A stretch of 64,000 bases of DNA, taken from the IMG/VR virus record IMGVR_UViG_3300050147_000032. One strand, given 5' to 3'. The notes beneath the pieces were generated by a model. It searched no databases, was not told the origin of the DNA, and worked only from the letters and a program-made list of their open reading frames with translations. Within the stretch, counting starts at the first letter, position 1. Each line of letters starts with the position of its first letter. This document shows, piece by piece, positions 46,756-58,033 of this stretch. The position numbers and the translations under genes are program-made. This DNA comes from a virus.

Positions 46756-47174
46756 CTCATTGGGATAAACGATATCTTGATCTAGCAAAGCATATCTCGA
46801 CATGGAGCAAAGATCCAAGCACGAAAGTCGGAGCTGTGATAACAAAGAACAACAAAGAGATTGCTCTGGGGTTCAATGGAATTCCATCTGGTCTTGATGA
46901 TGGGAAATATCTAGGATCCAGAGATATCAAAATCGCTTGCGTTCTTCACGCAGAGATCAATGCAATCTTCAGTACATCTCAAGATCTGGAAGGAGCAACG
47001 ATGTATACTTCATCTGCGCCTTGTTCAAATTGTGCTGCTGCTATTGTTCAGAAAAAGTTTGCTCGTGTTGTCATGCCACCTGTTGATTTTGAACTTGCAA
47101 AGAGATGGAACTATCATCTGTCAAAGCAGATGTTTGATGAAGTTGGAATTGAAGTAGTTGAGATCGAGGATTGA
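46752..47174 (+). CDS. dCMP deaminase
   Basis: WSKDPSTKVGAV, LGFNG, HAEINAI, PCSNCAAAIVQ. Confidence 0.93.
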   Translation: MTHWDKRYLDLAKHISTWSKDPSTKVGAVITKNNKEIALGFNGIPSGLDDGKYLGSRDIKIACVLHAEINAIFSTSQDLEGATMYTSSAPCSNCAAAIVQKKFARVVMPPVDFELAKRWNYHLSKQMFDEVGIEVVEIED

Positions 47175-48890
47175 ATGTCAAATTATCGTAAAATTGTTCG
47201 TCAGCAAATTTCACACCAGACATCATCTGGAATAAATGTAGCTTTCTATCCAAAGACAAATATTATCGAGATTGATGGCTTCTACGATTCATGTGTTCAT
47301 ATCGAAGGTAACGTCTTTCGGCTAAGAGAATTCTTTGATTTGATGAACATAACTATGGAAGACTGTGAAGAAGCATTCGGTAAGAAATCTTCAAAAGTTC
47401 TATGAAATCTGCTTGACTCGTTGGTTGGATCATCATACAATAGAGACATGTTGAAACAAACGAAAGAACATTATGATTCACGATCTGACTACTAAAACTA
47501 TCCAGATGACTCAACAAGAAGCAATTGATATGATTACTCTTCTTTCTTTGGCTCTGACGGATTCTAATTCATTGGATCGTGGAGTCTTTGCTAAAAACGT
47601 TGTTGCAGAATCCACTGACAAGCAATTTGCATCGAAGATTATTTTTGTTGTTAATAAGGAATAATCATGGAAAATCCATTCTTTATCAAAAGAAATTCAG
47701 ATGATATGATCACTGTCTTCCTTGGAAATCCAGATGAAATTGGTGCAGAAGCAGAACATATCATGACTATTAACAATTTCTGGTTGAAGATGTTCCAAGA
47801 AAAGTTACAAGATCATATCAAGGAGACTAATCATGTGTGATTGTTACAAAATCGGCGGACCTTGGATTGCCGAAGATCCAGAATGTCCAATTCATGGTCA
47901 GCGAGCTCAAAAAAATGAAAAAGAACAAGCAGAACGAGATACACAGTATCAAGAGAAGATCGAATCATTGGAAGCGAGAGTTCTTGATCTGGAAGAGAAG
48001 TTGACTTTCATTGTTCTTTTGCAATCTATGATATCTGTATCAGATAATCCTTGATTTCTTTTGATCAATCTGGTAAAATTTTAAATCCTAACATTTTGGA
48101 GATTATTATGGACGATAACGTTGTTCACTTGTTGATGAAAAAATATGAGAGAAAAGAAGAAGAAGCTCGTGCACAGGCTAATGCGTATGCAGTTTCTTAC
48201 ACAAAGACACTTGATGCAAAACATCGTGTTTGTTATGAAATTTATGAAAGCAAAGCCGAGTTGTGGAAGGAAGCCGGTCGTCTTCTCAGAACTGCTCGTT
48301 TTAGTTCAACTGTTGATTAATTGGAGATTATCATGAGTTCTGTAAAAATTGGTGATTTCATTCGTGTGAGTTCTGATGTTATTGATTCATATTCACATCT
48401 GGCAGGAGAAGAATTTGAAGTTGTGAAGGTTGTTCCTTCTGCTATTATTGTTGTTAAATATTCTATTCGGTATGTTCTTTTGGATGGTGAATATGAATTG
48501 ATCGATAAAAATATTGTAGAAGAAAAGATCGAACAGAAGGTTAGCCAAATCAGTCAATCTTCTTTGGATATTTCAATCAACGCACTTAAATTGTCATTAC
48601 GTCTTCTCGAAGAAGAATTCCGGAAAAACAAGCGATTGATTCGTGATATCAAGAAATCTGAATGGTGGGATGCTGTTTGTCAAGAAGCAAAGAACGCAAT
48701 CAACAAAGATCATGCTCGTTTCTTTTCTAAGAATCGTGAAGATCGCAAGAAGATTGCGATTGCTCTGAAAGAAATCAAGAATGCTAAGACTTTCAAGTGA
48801 AATCTGCTTGACTCTCTGAAGAATCAATCATATAATTGAGACATGTTGTGATAGACAACAAAACTTTTAACCTGATTGGAGATTATTATG

Positions 48891-49856
48891 GCCCACGAAT
48901 TGACACAACGAAAGAACGGTTTCATCGAATTTGCTGCTCTTGGCGAACGTAAGAATGTCTGGCACAAGCTTGGTCAATACCTTGAAGAAGGTGCTTCCAT
49001 TGAAACTTGGAAGGAACAAGCTGGTATGGAATGGATGGTGAATTCTTCTCCTTTGATGTACAGCGGTAAGGCAGACATCATTGTTGATGATTCGAAGCAA
49101 ATCTTGCATCGTTCAGATACCGAAGAACTCCTGGGCATTGTTTCGAAGGATTACAAGATTGTTCATCCTGGCGAAGTTCTGGAATTCTTCCGTGACCTGA
49201 CGGAACAGAATCAAATGAAGCTGTCTGCAGCTGGCACGTTGTTCGGTGGCAAGCGTTTCTGGGCTACTGCAGAAATGGGCAAGTCTGCTCATATTGTTGA
49301 TGGTGATCGAATCGATGGTTTCCTTCTGTTGACTAGCTCGGCAGATGGTTCTGCTTCGACTACAGCAAAGTTCGTTTCTACTCGTGTGGTTTGCAATAAT
49401 ACGCTGCAGATTGCAATGAACGAAAAGGCCCGTAACGCTATCAAGATCACACACGCAAGCACATTTGATCCCAAGGAAGTCAAGATTGATTTGGGTCTTC
49501 TGGATGTTGCATGGGATAGCTTTATCGGCAACCTGAAGACGCTGGCTTCGAAGAAGGTTTCTGATGATCTGGCTCAACAATTCTTTGCCAAGCTGATCAC
49601 ACCTGATAACTCTGCTATTGATATGGAACTGTTGAAGACTCAACGTCATGTTGATGCTCTGATGCATTTTTACCGTTCAGGTGCGGGTGCTGAGTTCAGC
49701 TATGGTACGCAGTATGGTCTGCTCAACGCAGCTACTGAACTGTGGACTCATGGTACGGGCAAGACCGATGCATCCAAGCAGTTCGAAAGTTCCGAATTCA
49801 AGGATGGTTCGAAGATGAAGACTTTGGCTATGAACCGTCTGCTGGCTTTGGTATAA
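48891..49856 (+). CDS. DUF932-family protein
   Basis: WHKLG, RSDT.ELLGIVSKDYKIVHP, AGTLFGGKRFW, SADGS, RVVCNNTL, KITH. Confidence 0.85.
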   Translation, partial: AHELTQRKNGFIEFAALGERKNVWHKLGQYLEEGASIETWKEQAGMEWMVNSSPLMYSGKADIIVDDSKQILHRSDTEELLGIVSKDYKIVHPGEVLEFFRDLTEQNQMKLSAAGTLFGGKRFWATAEMGKSAHIVDGDRIDGFLLLTSSADGSASTTAKFVSTRVVCNNTLQIAMNEKARNAIKITHASTFDPKEVKIDLGLLDVAWDSFIGNLKTLASKKVSDDLAQQFFAKLITPDNSAIDMELLKTQRHVDALMHFYRSGAGAEFSYGTQYGLLNAATELWTHGTGKTDASKQFESSEFKDGSKMKTLAMNRLLALV

Positions 49857-51265
49857 GAATAGAGGGGACTTCTTTCAAAGTTCCCCAATTTCGTATTGAT
49901 TCTTTTGGAAAACTTCTGTATAATCAATTTATTGGTTAACGAAGAGGAGATTGAGATGACATACGTTAAAGCTGAAGAAGGCAATACATTCACAAAGAAT
50001 GATCGACAATTTGTCTTCTTGATGATTGCCAATGATACACTGAAAATCTTTTCTGTTGGTTCTTACAATCGTTACAGCGACGTAGAATATCGTCTGTTCC
50101 AGATGGTCGACATCGATGCTCTCTTCAACACAAAATGAAAGAATTGAAAATGATCAAAATCACAAACTATCCAGGCAAATTTACTCGAGAATTTTTGCTG
50201 AAATCACAAAAAGATCTTGGTGAGATTTTCCTTTATGAAGGAACATCTGGCACTATGGGATTTTATCATATATACAGCATCCATCATTCCAAAATCGGTG
50301 CATTCGACAAATACGTGAAAGAAAATATGAAGATCCCACATCCACATGCTGATCTGATGATCGCTTTTGCCAAAGATTCTTCTTTGGAATTTGAAAATTC
50401 TATCGATGGCCGTCGTTGGACACTTTGTAAGAATCCTTCTTGGCTTCCAGGTACGAAATATCGTATCAAGAAGAATTATGTGAAACATTATCAGGTTGTT
50501 TTGTTCAATACATCAACTCAACATGCATTCATTTCAGATGATCGATTTATTTCTTTGGAAGTTGCTCGAAAATTTTACGAAGATCATATTAAGGTTCTAT
50601 ATCTTATTGAAGAATCCGGTTTCGATGTTGAGGTGTAATCATGAAACTCTATTGCATTGTATGTGAAATTGAAGTACTCAATCAAACAGCAGGATGTCCT
50701 GAATGTGGTCGTCTTTCGACAACATCAGTTAAGCCAATAGATGTGACGCGTCAAGAATCTAATTTGTATGCAATTCGAGCGTCGAAGGATTATGTTCCAG
50801 AATTTCCACCAAGTCGACTGATTGATGATTCTGTTGAAGGATGTGTTAGCGCATATAACGCTATAAGGAGATGGTGATATGTCACTGGATGATTCGATCA
50901 AAGATGCATTCAAATACGCTTTTGAAGAGGGATACTTCTCAAAATCAACATACAACGATGTAGATGTTGGTTCGTGTGAAGAGTCTTGGGAATCATCTGA
51001 AGCAAAAGAAAAATCCGATAGAATGAAAGTCTTCGGATGGGCGATAGTTGATAAGGATGGATCGGAATACAAAATTCGTCCAAAAATCCATAACTTCTTT
51101 GGTGCTGTAATGGAAAGAGAGTCTTATACTTCAGAAGACATCAAGAAAGCTAATCAAGAATTTCCTGGATGTGCTCCTCATAAAATTATCACACTCTACA
51201 CAGATAGTTGACTTTACATCTTCTGTAGATCATTGTATAATCAATAAATTGAACATGGATACAAA

Positions 51266-53632
51266 ATGAAACAACATACAATCGTTCTACTCGTTGGTCC
51301 TTCTTGTTGCGGAAAGACAACGTTTGCCAAGAAGATCCAAGCAGCAATCGTCGAAGAAAATCTGAAATGTGTGATCATTTCATCAGATGACATTCGACGT
51401 GATCTGCTTTGCGACAATGAGATTCATAAGCTCGATGCATCGATGTCTTCTGTATCAGCCGAAGCCCATCATATCCTGAAGACAAAGGTTGATTTTCACT
51501 CGAAGTTTCCTATCAATACGGATGTCATCATCGTTGATACGACTGGATTGTCTGCTCATTTCCGTGAAGAAATGATCGAGATTGCAAAGAAGAATCATTA
51601 CAACATTGATATGTTCGTGTTTGATTATCCTCGTTCTGATCTCGAAGGATTTGTTGCTTTGAATCACGGCGACATGTATGTTACTGGTCATCAAATGAAA
51701 CGCCTCCGCGAAGAGGTTATGCCCAATCTAAATCGCAAGGCATATGGAATGGTTCAAATTTTCAAGAAGCCAGAAGATGCTGTTGCTTGGATTCCTACTA
51801 TCGAGAATCGTGATGTTGTCATTCAAGCAAATGAAGATGATAAGATCGTCGTCATCGGAGATGTGCATGAATGTGTCGATGAGCTAGTTGCTCTGTTTGA
51901 TAAAATTCCAACTAACGTCAATCATATCGCTCTTCTAGGGGATATCGTTGATAAAGCTGAAGACACAGAACGTCTGATCAACTTGATTTTTGATATGACA
52001 AAGAGTCAGAAGAATTACGATTTCTTCTTGATTCGAGGAAATCATGAACGATATGTTTACAAGCGACTGAAGGGGATTCTTGCTCCCAACGAAAAGCTTG
52101 ACAATGAATTCTTCCAATCATTCAAAGTGCTTTCTGTAGATGAAAATCTTCGAGAAAAGTTCTTCTTCCTGTATGAAAATGTGATGGTGGATCATCTGAA
52201 GTTTATTCGTGGACGAGAAAAAGCTATTATTCTGACTCATGCTCCTTGCTCCAATGTTCATCTGGGAAAGCATGACAGCAAGTCATCTGGTAAACAGATC
52301 AACTTCTACTTCACTTCTCGTGATCAAGAAAAGATGCTCGATGAACTGAAATTCATCGAAGATGAAGCAGATAGCAATCATCCTTGGCATCTGTTTGGTC
52401 ATGTTGCTCATGATGGTCGTCAACCTAAGATGATCAAGAACAAGATCTTCATGGATACTGGCTGTGTTCATGGCGGGAAACTGTCTGCCGCAGTATTCAA
52501 TGGTCGTCATGTTGATTTCATCACAGTTGATTCCAAACGTGAAGTTCATGGTTTGATTTCTCTGGAAAAGAAAGAAACGAAACTGGAGAAGATTGTTCGT
52601 TCTGATATCAATCTTTCCGAAGAAGATCAACGATCGGTAGATAAAATTGCAAAGAGCGGAGCGAAGTTCATTTCCGGGACAATGGCTCCTGCTCCTTCAA
52701 AAGATATGGATATCGAGTCTCTGGAAGCTGCTGTTTCATATTTCAAGGAACGAGTGACAGATGTTGTAATTCAACCGAAATATATGGGATCTCGTTGTCA
52801 ATTTTATCTCTACAAGGATCGAGCAAAGAACTTTGCAACTTCCAGGAATGGATTCAAAATCAAGATTGATAAACTTCAAGAATACATGGATGTGTATCAA
52901 ACATGGATCGAGAAGTCTATCAAATTTGAAGATGAGTTGATTTTGGATGGAGAACTTCTTCCTTGGTCAGCACTCGGTAAAGGTCTGATTGATGGTGCTT
53001 TTGGTCAATATCAAAGCGCTATCAGTTGGACTCTAGATAACCTGAGTCTCGATGAAACTTTTGCTGGATTTGATATTTGCAAGAAACTGAACATCACAGA
53101 GCAACAAAACAATCTTGTTCAGTTTCAGGAACAGCTTGCTCTATATGGCCAAGATCGTCATCTGGAATATAAAGCATTCGACATCCTTTCTATTGATGGG
53201 AAGATTGTTGCTGGTAAGCAAAATGATACGAGCTTCTTTGTGTTGAATTCAGATAAGACTTTGAAGATTAATCTGAACGAACCAGATGCACTTTTCCGTA
53301 TTCAGAATTTCTTTGATGTGCTTGTTTTTGATAAGGGATTTGAAGGTATTGTGATCAAGCCTGTTTCTTATGATTCGAGCAAGAATTGTGTTCCTTACAT
53401 GAAAGTCCGCAACAAAGAATATCTGCGTCTTGTGTATGGTTTCAACTATGCATCGCGCTTGTCCGAACTATGCAAGCAAAAGAATACTCGTGGAAAGATG
53501 AACTTGTCGATTGATGAATTTGAACTTGGTCAGGCTATTCTTGCTGAGAAGGATGATGTAAAGCGTAAGCATCTGATTTCTGCGATGTTCGGTAAGATCG
53601 CTAAAGAACGCACTTTGGATCCACGTCTGTGA
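51266..53632 (+). CDS. pnkp: Polynucleotide kinase-phosphatase Pnkp (kinase, phosphoesterase and ligase domains)
   Basis: GPSCCGKT, SSDDIR; GDVHE, GDIVD, RGNHE, FGH, DTGCVHGGKLSA; ISGTMAP, KYMGSR, DGELLPWS, EGIVIKP, KVRNKEYLRLVYG; ends DPRL. Confidence 0.9.
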   Translation: MKQHTIVLLVGPSCCGKTTFAKKIQAAIVEENLKCVIISSDDIRRDLLCDNEIHKLDASMSSVSAEAHHILKTKVDFHSKFPINTDVIIVDTTGLSAHFREEMIEIAKKNHYNIDMFVFDYPRSDLEGFVALNHGDMYVTGHQMKRLREEVMPNLNRKAYGMVQIFKKPEDAVAWIPTIENRDVVIQANEDDKIVVIGDVHECVDELVALFDKIPTNVNHIALLGDIVDKAEDTERLINLIFDMTKSQKNYDFFLIRGNHERYVYKRLKGILAPNEKLDNEFFQSFKVLSVDENLREKFFFLYENVMVDHLKFIRGREKAIILTHAPCSNVHLGKHDSKSSGKQINFYFTSRDQEKMLDELKFIEDEADSNHPWHLFGHVAHDGRQPKMIKNKIFMDTGCVHGGKLSAAVFNGRHVDFITVDSKREVHGLISLEKKETKLEKIVRSDINLSEEDQRSVDKIAKSGAKFISGTMAPAPSKDMDIESLEAAVSYFKERVTDVVIQPKYMGSRCQFYLYKDRAKNFATSRNGFKIKIDKLQEYMDVYQTWIEKSIKFEDELILDGELLPWSALGKGLIDGAFGQYQSAISWTLDNLSLDETFAGFDICKKLNITEQQNNLVQFQEQLALYGQDRHLEYKAFDILSIDGKIVAGKQNDTSFFVLNSDKTLKINLNEPDALFRIQNFFDVLVFDKGFEGIVIKPVSYDSSKNCVPYMKVRNKEYLRLVYGFNYASRLSELCKQKNTRGKMNLSIDEFELGQAILAEKDDVKRKHLISAMFGKIAKERTLDPRL

Positions 53633-53956
53633 AGGAACTTTTATGATTTATTTTTATGGAATTTTATACATCATCTTTGCTATTAGTTGTTCTATAGCAA
53701 CGTATGGAATGCTTTATGCTTATTGGACTAGCTTTGCGCAATATGATTATGATCTAACATACATCAAGGCTGTTTGTGTATGGATGGCTTTTGTAATTTT
53801 GGTCGCACCAATTTTGATTATTCTTCCTATAGTAGAAACAGAATTCGTAAAATACGGTTTTAAATACAAATGAATACACAGATACCAATTCTGTGAAACA
53901 ATTGAACCTAGAAGGTTCTCGTAAGTCCTAGAAGTACAATAATAAGAAGGAACTAC

Positions 53957-55453
53957 ATGGAATGTAATCACTGTGGAAGCACGAACATTAGATCAGCTGG
54001 TGTTCTTATCAGAGGCAAGGACCTCGTTCGTTATCGTCAATATGTTTGTTCGGACTGCGGTCGCCGAGATGAGTATGCAGAAGGCGTGAAGAATGTAGGG
54101 CATTCGGTTCAGGGTAAGAAATCGCGATATGTCGTGACTTCCGCTTTGAATAACAAGTCGATTGATAAGAATTTCTTGAAAGTTCTGGAATCATACTGCA
54201 AAGCTATCAATGCTACTCTTCTTGTCATTCCTGTTCGTTACATCAACGAGATGCAAGGCGAAGAGGTTTGGTATCCAGAAGAAATCCATGATTATTTGAT
54301 CGAAGATAATTTGACAATCCCAGATGCAAAATGTAAGATTTTAGGTGGACTTCGGATTTCTGCAACTGCTGAAAATCCTCTTTCTGGAATTGATCCAATG
54401 TCCAAAGGAGATTCTCTTATCATTGGACATCCTCAGGTTCAGATGAGAACACTTCCGGTTATCTCTGGAAATGCTCCTATTCTCTGGACAACAGGAACAG
54501 TTTCTGAAAGTGCTTATTCGGATACAAAGTTAGGATATAAAGCAACATTTAATCACTCGCAATCTGCTCTTTTCGTTGATTTTTCTGATGGAACGCTTCA
54601 TATCCGAAATCTAAACTATGATGGAAAAGGTTTCAATGATCTGGGCTGGCGATATGAATCCGCCATCCTAGCTAAACAAGAAAATATTCATGCTCTAGTA
54701 ACAGGAGATGAACATGCAATGTTTGCAGACAATGGAGTAAAGAATGCAACGTATCTTGATTGGCATTCGATCGTAAAAATTCTGAAGCCATCGTATATCG
54801 TTCGACATGATGTCTTAGATTCATACTCTATCAGTCATCATGATAAAGGGAACTTCATCAATCGTTTTAGAAAGCATGTAACTGGATTTGATAGCTTGAC
54901 AGATGAGCTAGAGATCACAAGAAAGCATATCGAAGAAACAACTCCGTTCGGAGCTATCAATGTAATCGTATCAAGCAACCATAACGATCATCTCATCAAA
55001 TGGTTGAACGAATGCGATCCAAAGCAAGATCCAGAAAATGCAATTCTTTATCATGAACTGATGTATCATGTTCTTTGCTTAATTCGAGATGGAGCAGGAA
55101 CAGTTGATCCATTCCAAATCTGGATGAAGTTGAATTCTAGCTTGAATGATGTGATTTATACACATCGAGAATCAATCAAGATATTTGATATCGAAATCGG
55201 ATTGCATGGCGATAAAGGATCAAATGGAAGTCGAGGTACTAGATCATCGTTTGCTAAGCTTCCAGAAAAATGTATCGTTGGCCATAGCCATTCTCCTGGG
55301 TGGGAAAAGGGATGTGTTCAAGTAGGAACTTCTGGAATTCTTGATGTTGGCTATGCCAAAGGTTCTCCGTCATCGTGGCGTCATTGTCATTGTATCATTC
55401 ACAAGAATGGAAAGCGACAGATCGTTTTTGTAACAGATGGTAAGTGGAGATAA
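53957..55453 (+). CDS. T5 A1-like metallophosphoesterase with an N-terminal Zn ribbon
   Basis: CNHC/CSDC; YVVTSALNN, ATAENPLSG, GHPQ, TTG, GDEH, SNHND, HGDKG, GHSHSP. Confidence 0.65.
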   Translation: MECNHCGSTNIRSAGVLIRGKDLVRYRQYVCSDCGRRDEYAEGVKNVGHSVQGKKSRYVVTSALNNKSIDKNFLKVLESYCKAINATLLVIPVRYINEMQGEEVWYPEEIHDYLIEDNLTIPDAKCKILGGLRISATAENPLSGIDPMSKGDSLIIGHPQVQMRTLPVISGNAPILWTTGTVSESAYSDTKLGYKATFNHSQSALFVDFSDGTLHIRNLNYDGKGFNDLGWRYESAILAKQENIHALVTGDEHAMFADNGVKNATYLDWHSIVKILKPSYIVRHDVLDSYSISHHDKGNFINRFRKHVTGFDSLTDELEITRKHIEETTPFGAINVIVSSNHNDHLIKWLNECDPKQDPENAILYHELMYHVLCLIRDGAGTVDPFQIWMKLNSSLNDVIYTHRESIKIFDIEIGLHGDKGSNGSRGTRSSFAKLPEKCIVGHSHSPGWEKGCVQVGTSGILDVGYAKGSPSSWRHCHCIIHKNGKRQIVFVTDGKWR

Positions 55454-55466
55454 CCAACTAATCTAC

Positions 55467-55495
55467 AAGGGCTTCGAAAGAAGCCTTTACTTTTT
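55467..55495 (+). terminator. Rho-independent terminator
   Basis: GGCTTC-GAAA-GAAGCC hairpin followed by TTTACTTTTT. Confidence 0.8.
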
Positions 55496-56380
55496 GTTGA
55501 ATTGATGTCATAATAGAGATGTTGTGAAAATGATTGTAAACAAACCTTACTTTTGGAGATTATTATGAAGAATCAACGTGGTTATGCTACCGAATTGATT
55601 GTCGTTACCATTTGGCTTGCTTTTGTTGGTGGTTGGATTGCAAACATCTATAAGCTTGCTAGTTCGAATTTTGAATTTGTTCATATGACACTGTTTCAAC
55701 TTCTTCGAATCATTGGTATCTGTGTTGCTCCTCTTGGTGCTGTTCTTGGTTTCATGTAAGGATTTATATCATGCTTCCAATCTTTTCCGTTATCACATGT
55801 TTGAGTTCTGGAATTCTTTTTGATACAAAATATCACAATACAGCAATTGCTTTTGCTGTAATAACAGGAGTTACTTTGTTCTGGATGGCTCTTTGTTATT
55901 TGAACAATGAAAAATTTGACGGTACTCCTAAAAATCGATAATTGAAGGAAATATCATGCAATATTGGAAAGTATATCTAGCAAAAGCTTTTGAAGAAGCA
56001 AACATCAATAAAAACGACAGTCTTCCTATTGTTCGAGAGTCCTACCGAGCAATGACAAAATCTGGAGATGTTCTTAATACAGATGTGAAAACTGAAGCAG
56101 ATAAGTTTGCAGGCAGAGCAGGGTTTGTTGCTACCATCAAAAATGAAGAAGACAAAAAGGCACTTCAAGAATATTGGGATGTTCGTACACATGCTGAAGT
56201 TAAAGCGCAAATTGCTTGGTATGAAGATCTTCGGGAAGAAAACAAACATTATAACGAAGGTATTTTCAATCTGATCTATAGTCGAGCATATGACAGAGGC
56301 CATAGTTCTGGTTATGATGCTGTTGCTATTGAATTTGACGATATCGCAAATTTTGCCTATGACATCCTGGCTGCAGCAAA

Positions 56381-56755
56381 ATGAAAATTCTTATTTTATT
56401 TGCATTGTTCGTTACAAAGCATTTTATTGTTGATTTTGTTCTTCAGAAGCCATATCAATGGATGAACAAAGGAAATTATGGACATCCAGGTGGAATTCTT
56501 CATGCTGTCCTTCATGGCATCGGAACATGGGCTATCTTGAATTCTTCGCACATTCCGGTTGATCTTATCATAGAGTTGTGCTGTATGGATATCATTGTCC
56601 ATTATCACATCGACTGGGCAAAGATGAACATCAACAAGAAAATGGGATGGGCATCGAACACGCACGAAGAATTTTGGATTTTGACTGGATTTGATCAATT
56701 CTTGCATTACATGACATACATCTTGATTTTGTATTTTGTCATTGACAAGATTTGA
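56381..56755 (+). CDS. DUF3307-like membrane protein
   Basis: KHFIVDFVLQ, HAVLHG, HYHIDWAK, GFDQFLH. Confidence 0.8.
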   Translation: MKILILFALFVTKHFIVDFVLQKPYQWMNKGNYGHPGGILHAVLHGIGTWAILNSSHIPVDLIIELCCMDIIVHYHIDWAKMNINKKMGWASNTHEEFWILTGFDQFLHYMTYILILYFVIDKI

Positions 56756-56792
56756 CATTGTTTGTATAATCTGTTCATAGAGGAGATTAACT

Positions 56793-57110
56793 ATGACGTA
56801 TAAACTTTTTATCGATGACGAAAGATTTCCAGTTGATGATTCTTGGGTAATTGTTCGAACTTCTGAAGAAGCGATCCAACACGTCAAAGAAAACGGAATG
56901 CCAATCTACATCTCGTTCGATCACGATTTAGGTGGAGATGATACATCAGTGAAATTCATTTGGTGGATGATTGATTTATTTCTAGATGGCAACATTGAGA
57001 TATCAAAAGATTTCGATTTCTATGTTCATTCTCAAAATCCAATTGGTGCTGAAAATATTCGGAAGCTTATGCAAGGCTTTTTAATGCATTATTGTAAGGA
57101 AATATCATGA
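56793..57110 (+). CDS. Cyclic-phosphate-processing receiver domain protein
   Basis: KLFIDDERFP, VRTSEEAI, ISFDHDLG, HSQNPIG. Confidence 0.75.
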   Translation: MTYKLFIDDERFPVDDSWVIVRTSEEAIQHVKENGMPIYISFDHDLGGDDTSVKFIWWMIDLFLDGNIEISKDFDFYVHSQNPIGAENIRKLMQGFLMHYCKEIS

Positions 57111-57306
57111 AATGTCCACATTGTGAATATAAGAACGGCTGGTCTCCAGAAAAATTAGATGTTGTTCGAGGAGAACACGGCGAATTCTATGAAGTGAGCA
57201 ACGATATAAAGATGGAACGAGAAGATAAAGGATCGTATCATCGAAGAACAGAAACTCGCAGTTTAATTGGATGTCCATCATGTAATAAGATTTTCATGGG
57301 CGAGTC

Positions 57307-57549
57307 ATGCTAAATTGTCCATTTTGTGGTAAAATTCCATACATGGAAGGCGATGATACTCTTTATCCGACATCTCGTTGGAGAGAAGATCGCGGATTTC
57401 GCCATTACATTCTTCCAGATGATCAAAGAGAAGAACACGGAAGGCATTGGACTATGCATTGTCCGACTGTTTATGGTGGATGTGGTGCTGAAGTCGGAGG
57501 CGATTCCAAAGAAGAAGCAATTGCTGCTTGGAATCGAAGATCAATCTAA
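57307..57549 (+). CDS. Lar-family (restriction alleviation) Zn-finger protein
   Basis: CPFCG...C....CGAE...EEAIAAWNRR. Confidence 0.7.
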   Translation: MLNCPFCGKIPYMEGDDTLYPTSRWREDRGFRHYILPDDQREEHGRHWTMHCPTVYGGCGAEVGGDSKEEAIAAWNRRSI

Positions 57550-58033
57550 AGAAAGAATTTCGTGGTTTATATCTTACTGTTTCTGTATGCTTTTCCAGCA
57601 ATTGTCAATGCAATCTTTATCTATTTTGAGATCAGAAAGACTGGATTGAAATTATCCGATGCATGGGTTCCTCTAGCTGTAATTCCGATCCCATTCTTGA
57701 ATATTATCTGTATGTTCGTTATGCTGAATGAATATGCTGAAAACAACGATCGCATGATCATCAAACCATGGAGCAAGAAATGACATTCTATCTTTTTTAT
57801 CTTTTTTATCTTTTCCCTGCACTTGTTATTGCAATTTTGCACATCAATCTTTTCTATCAAAGTAAATCAATGTCGGTCGAGTGTGGTAAGTTCAGTACGT
57901 TCAAAGTAACGCCATTGATAGCAGCAATTGCATCGCTTACTCCGATTGTCAACATTGCTACGACAGTTGCTATCTTGACAATTGCGATTAAACAATGGTA
58001 CAATAAGAAATAAACCAAACGAAGGAATACAAA

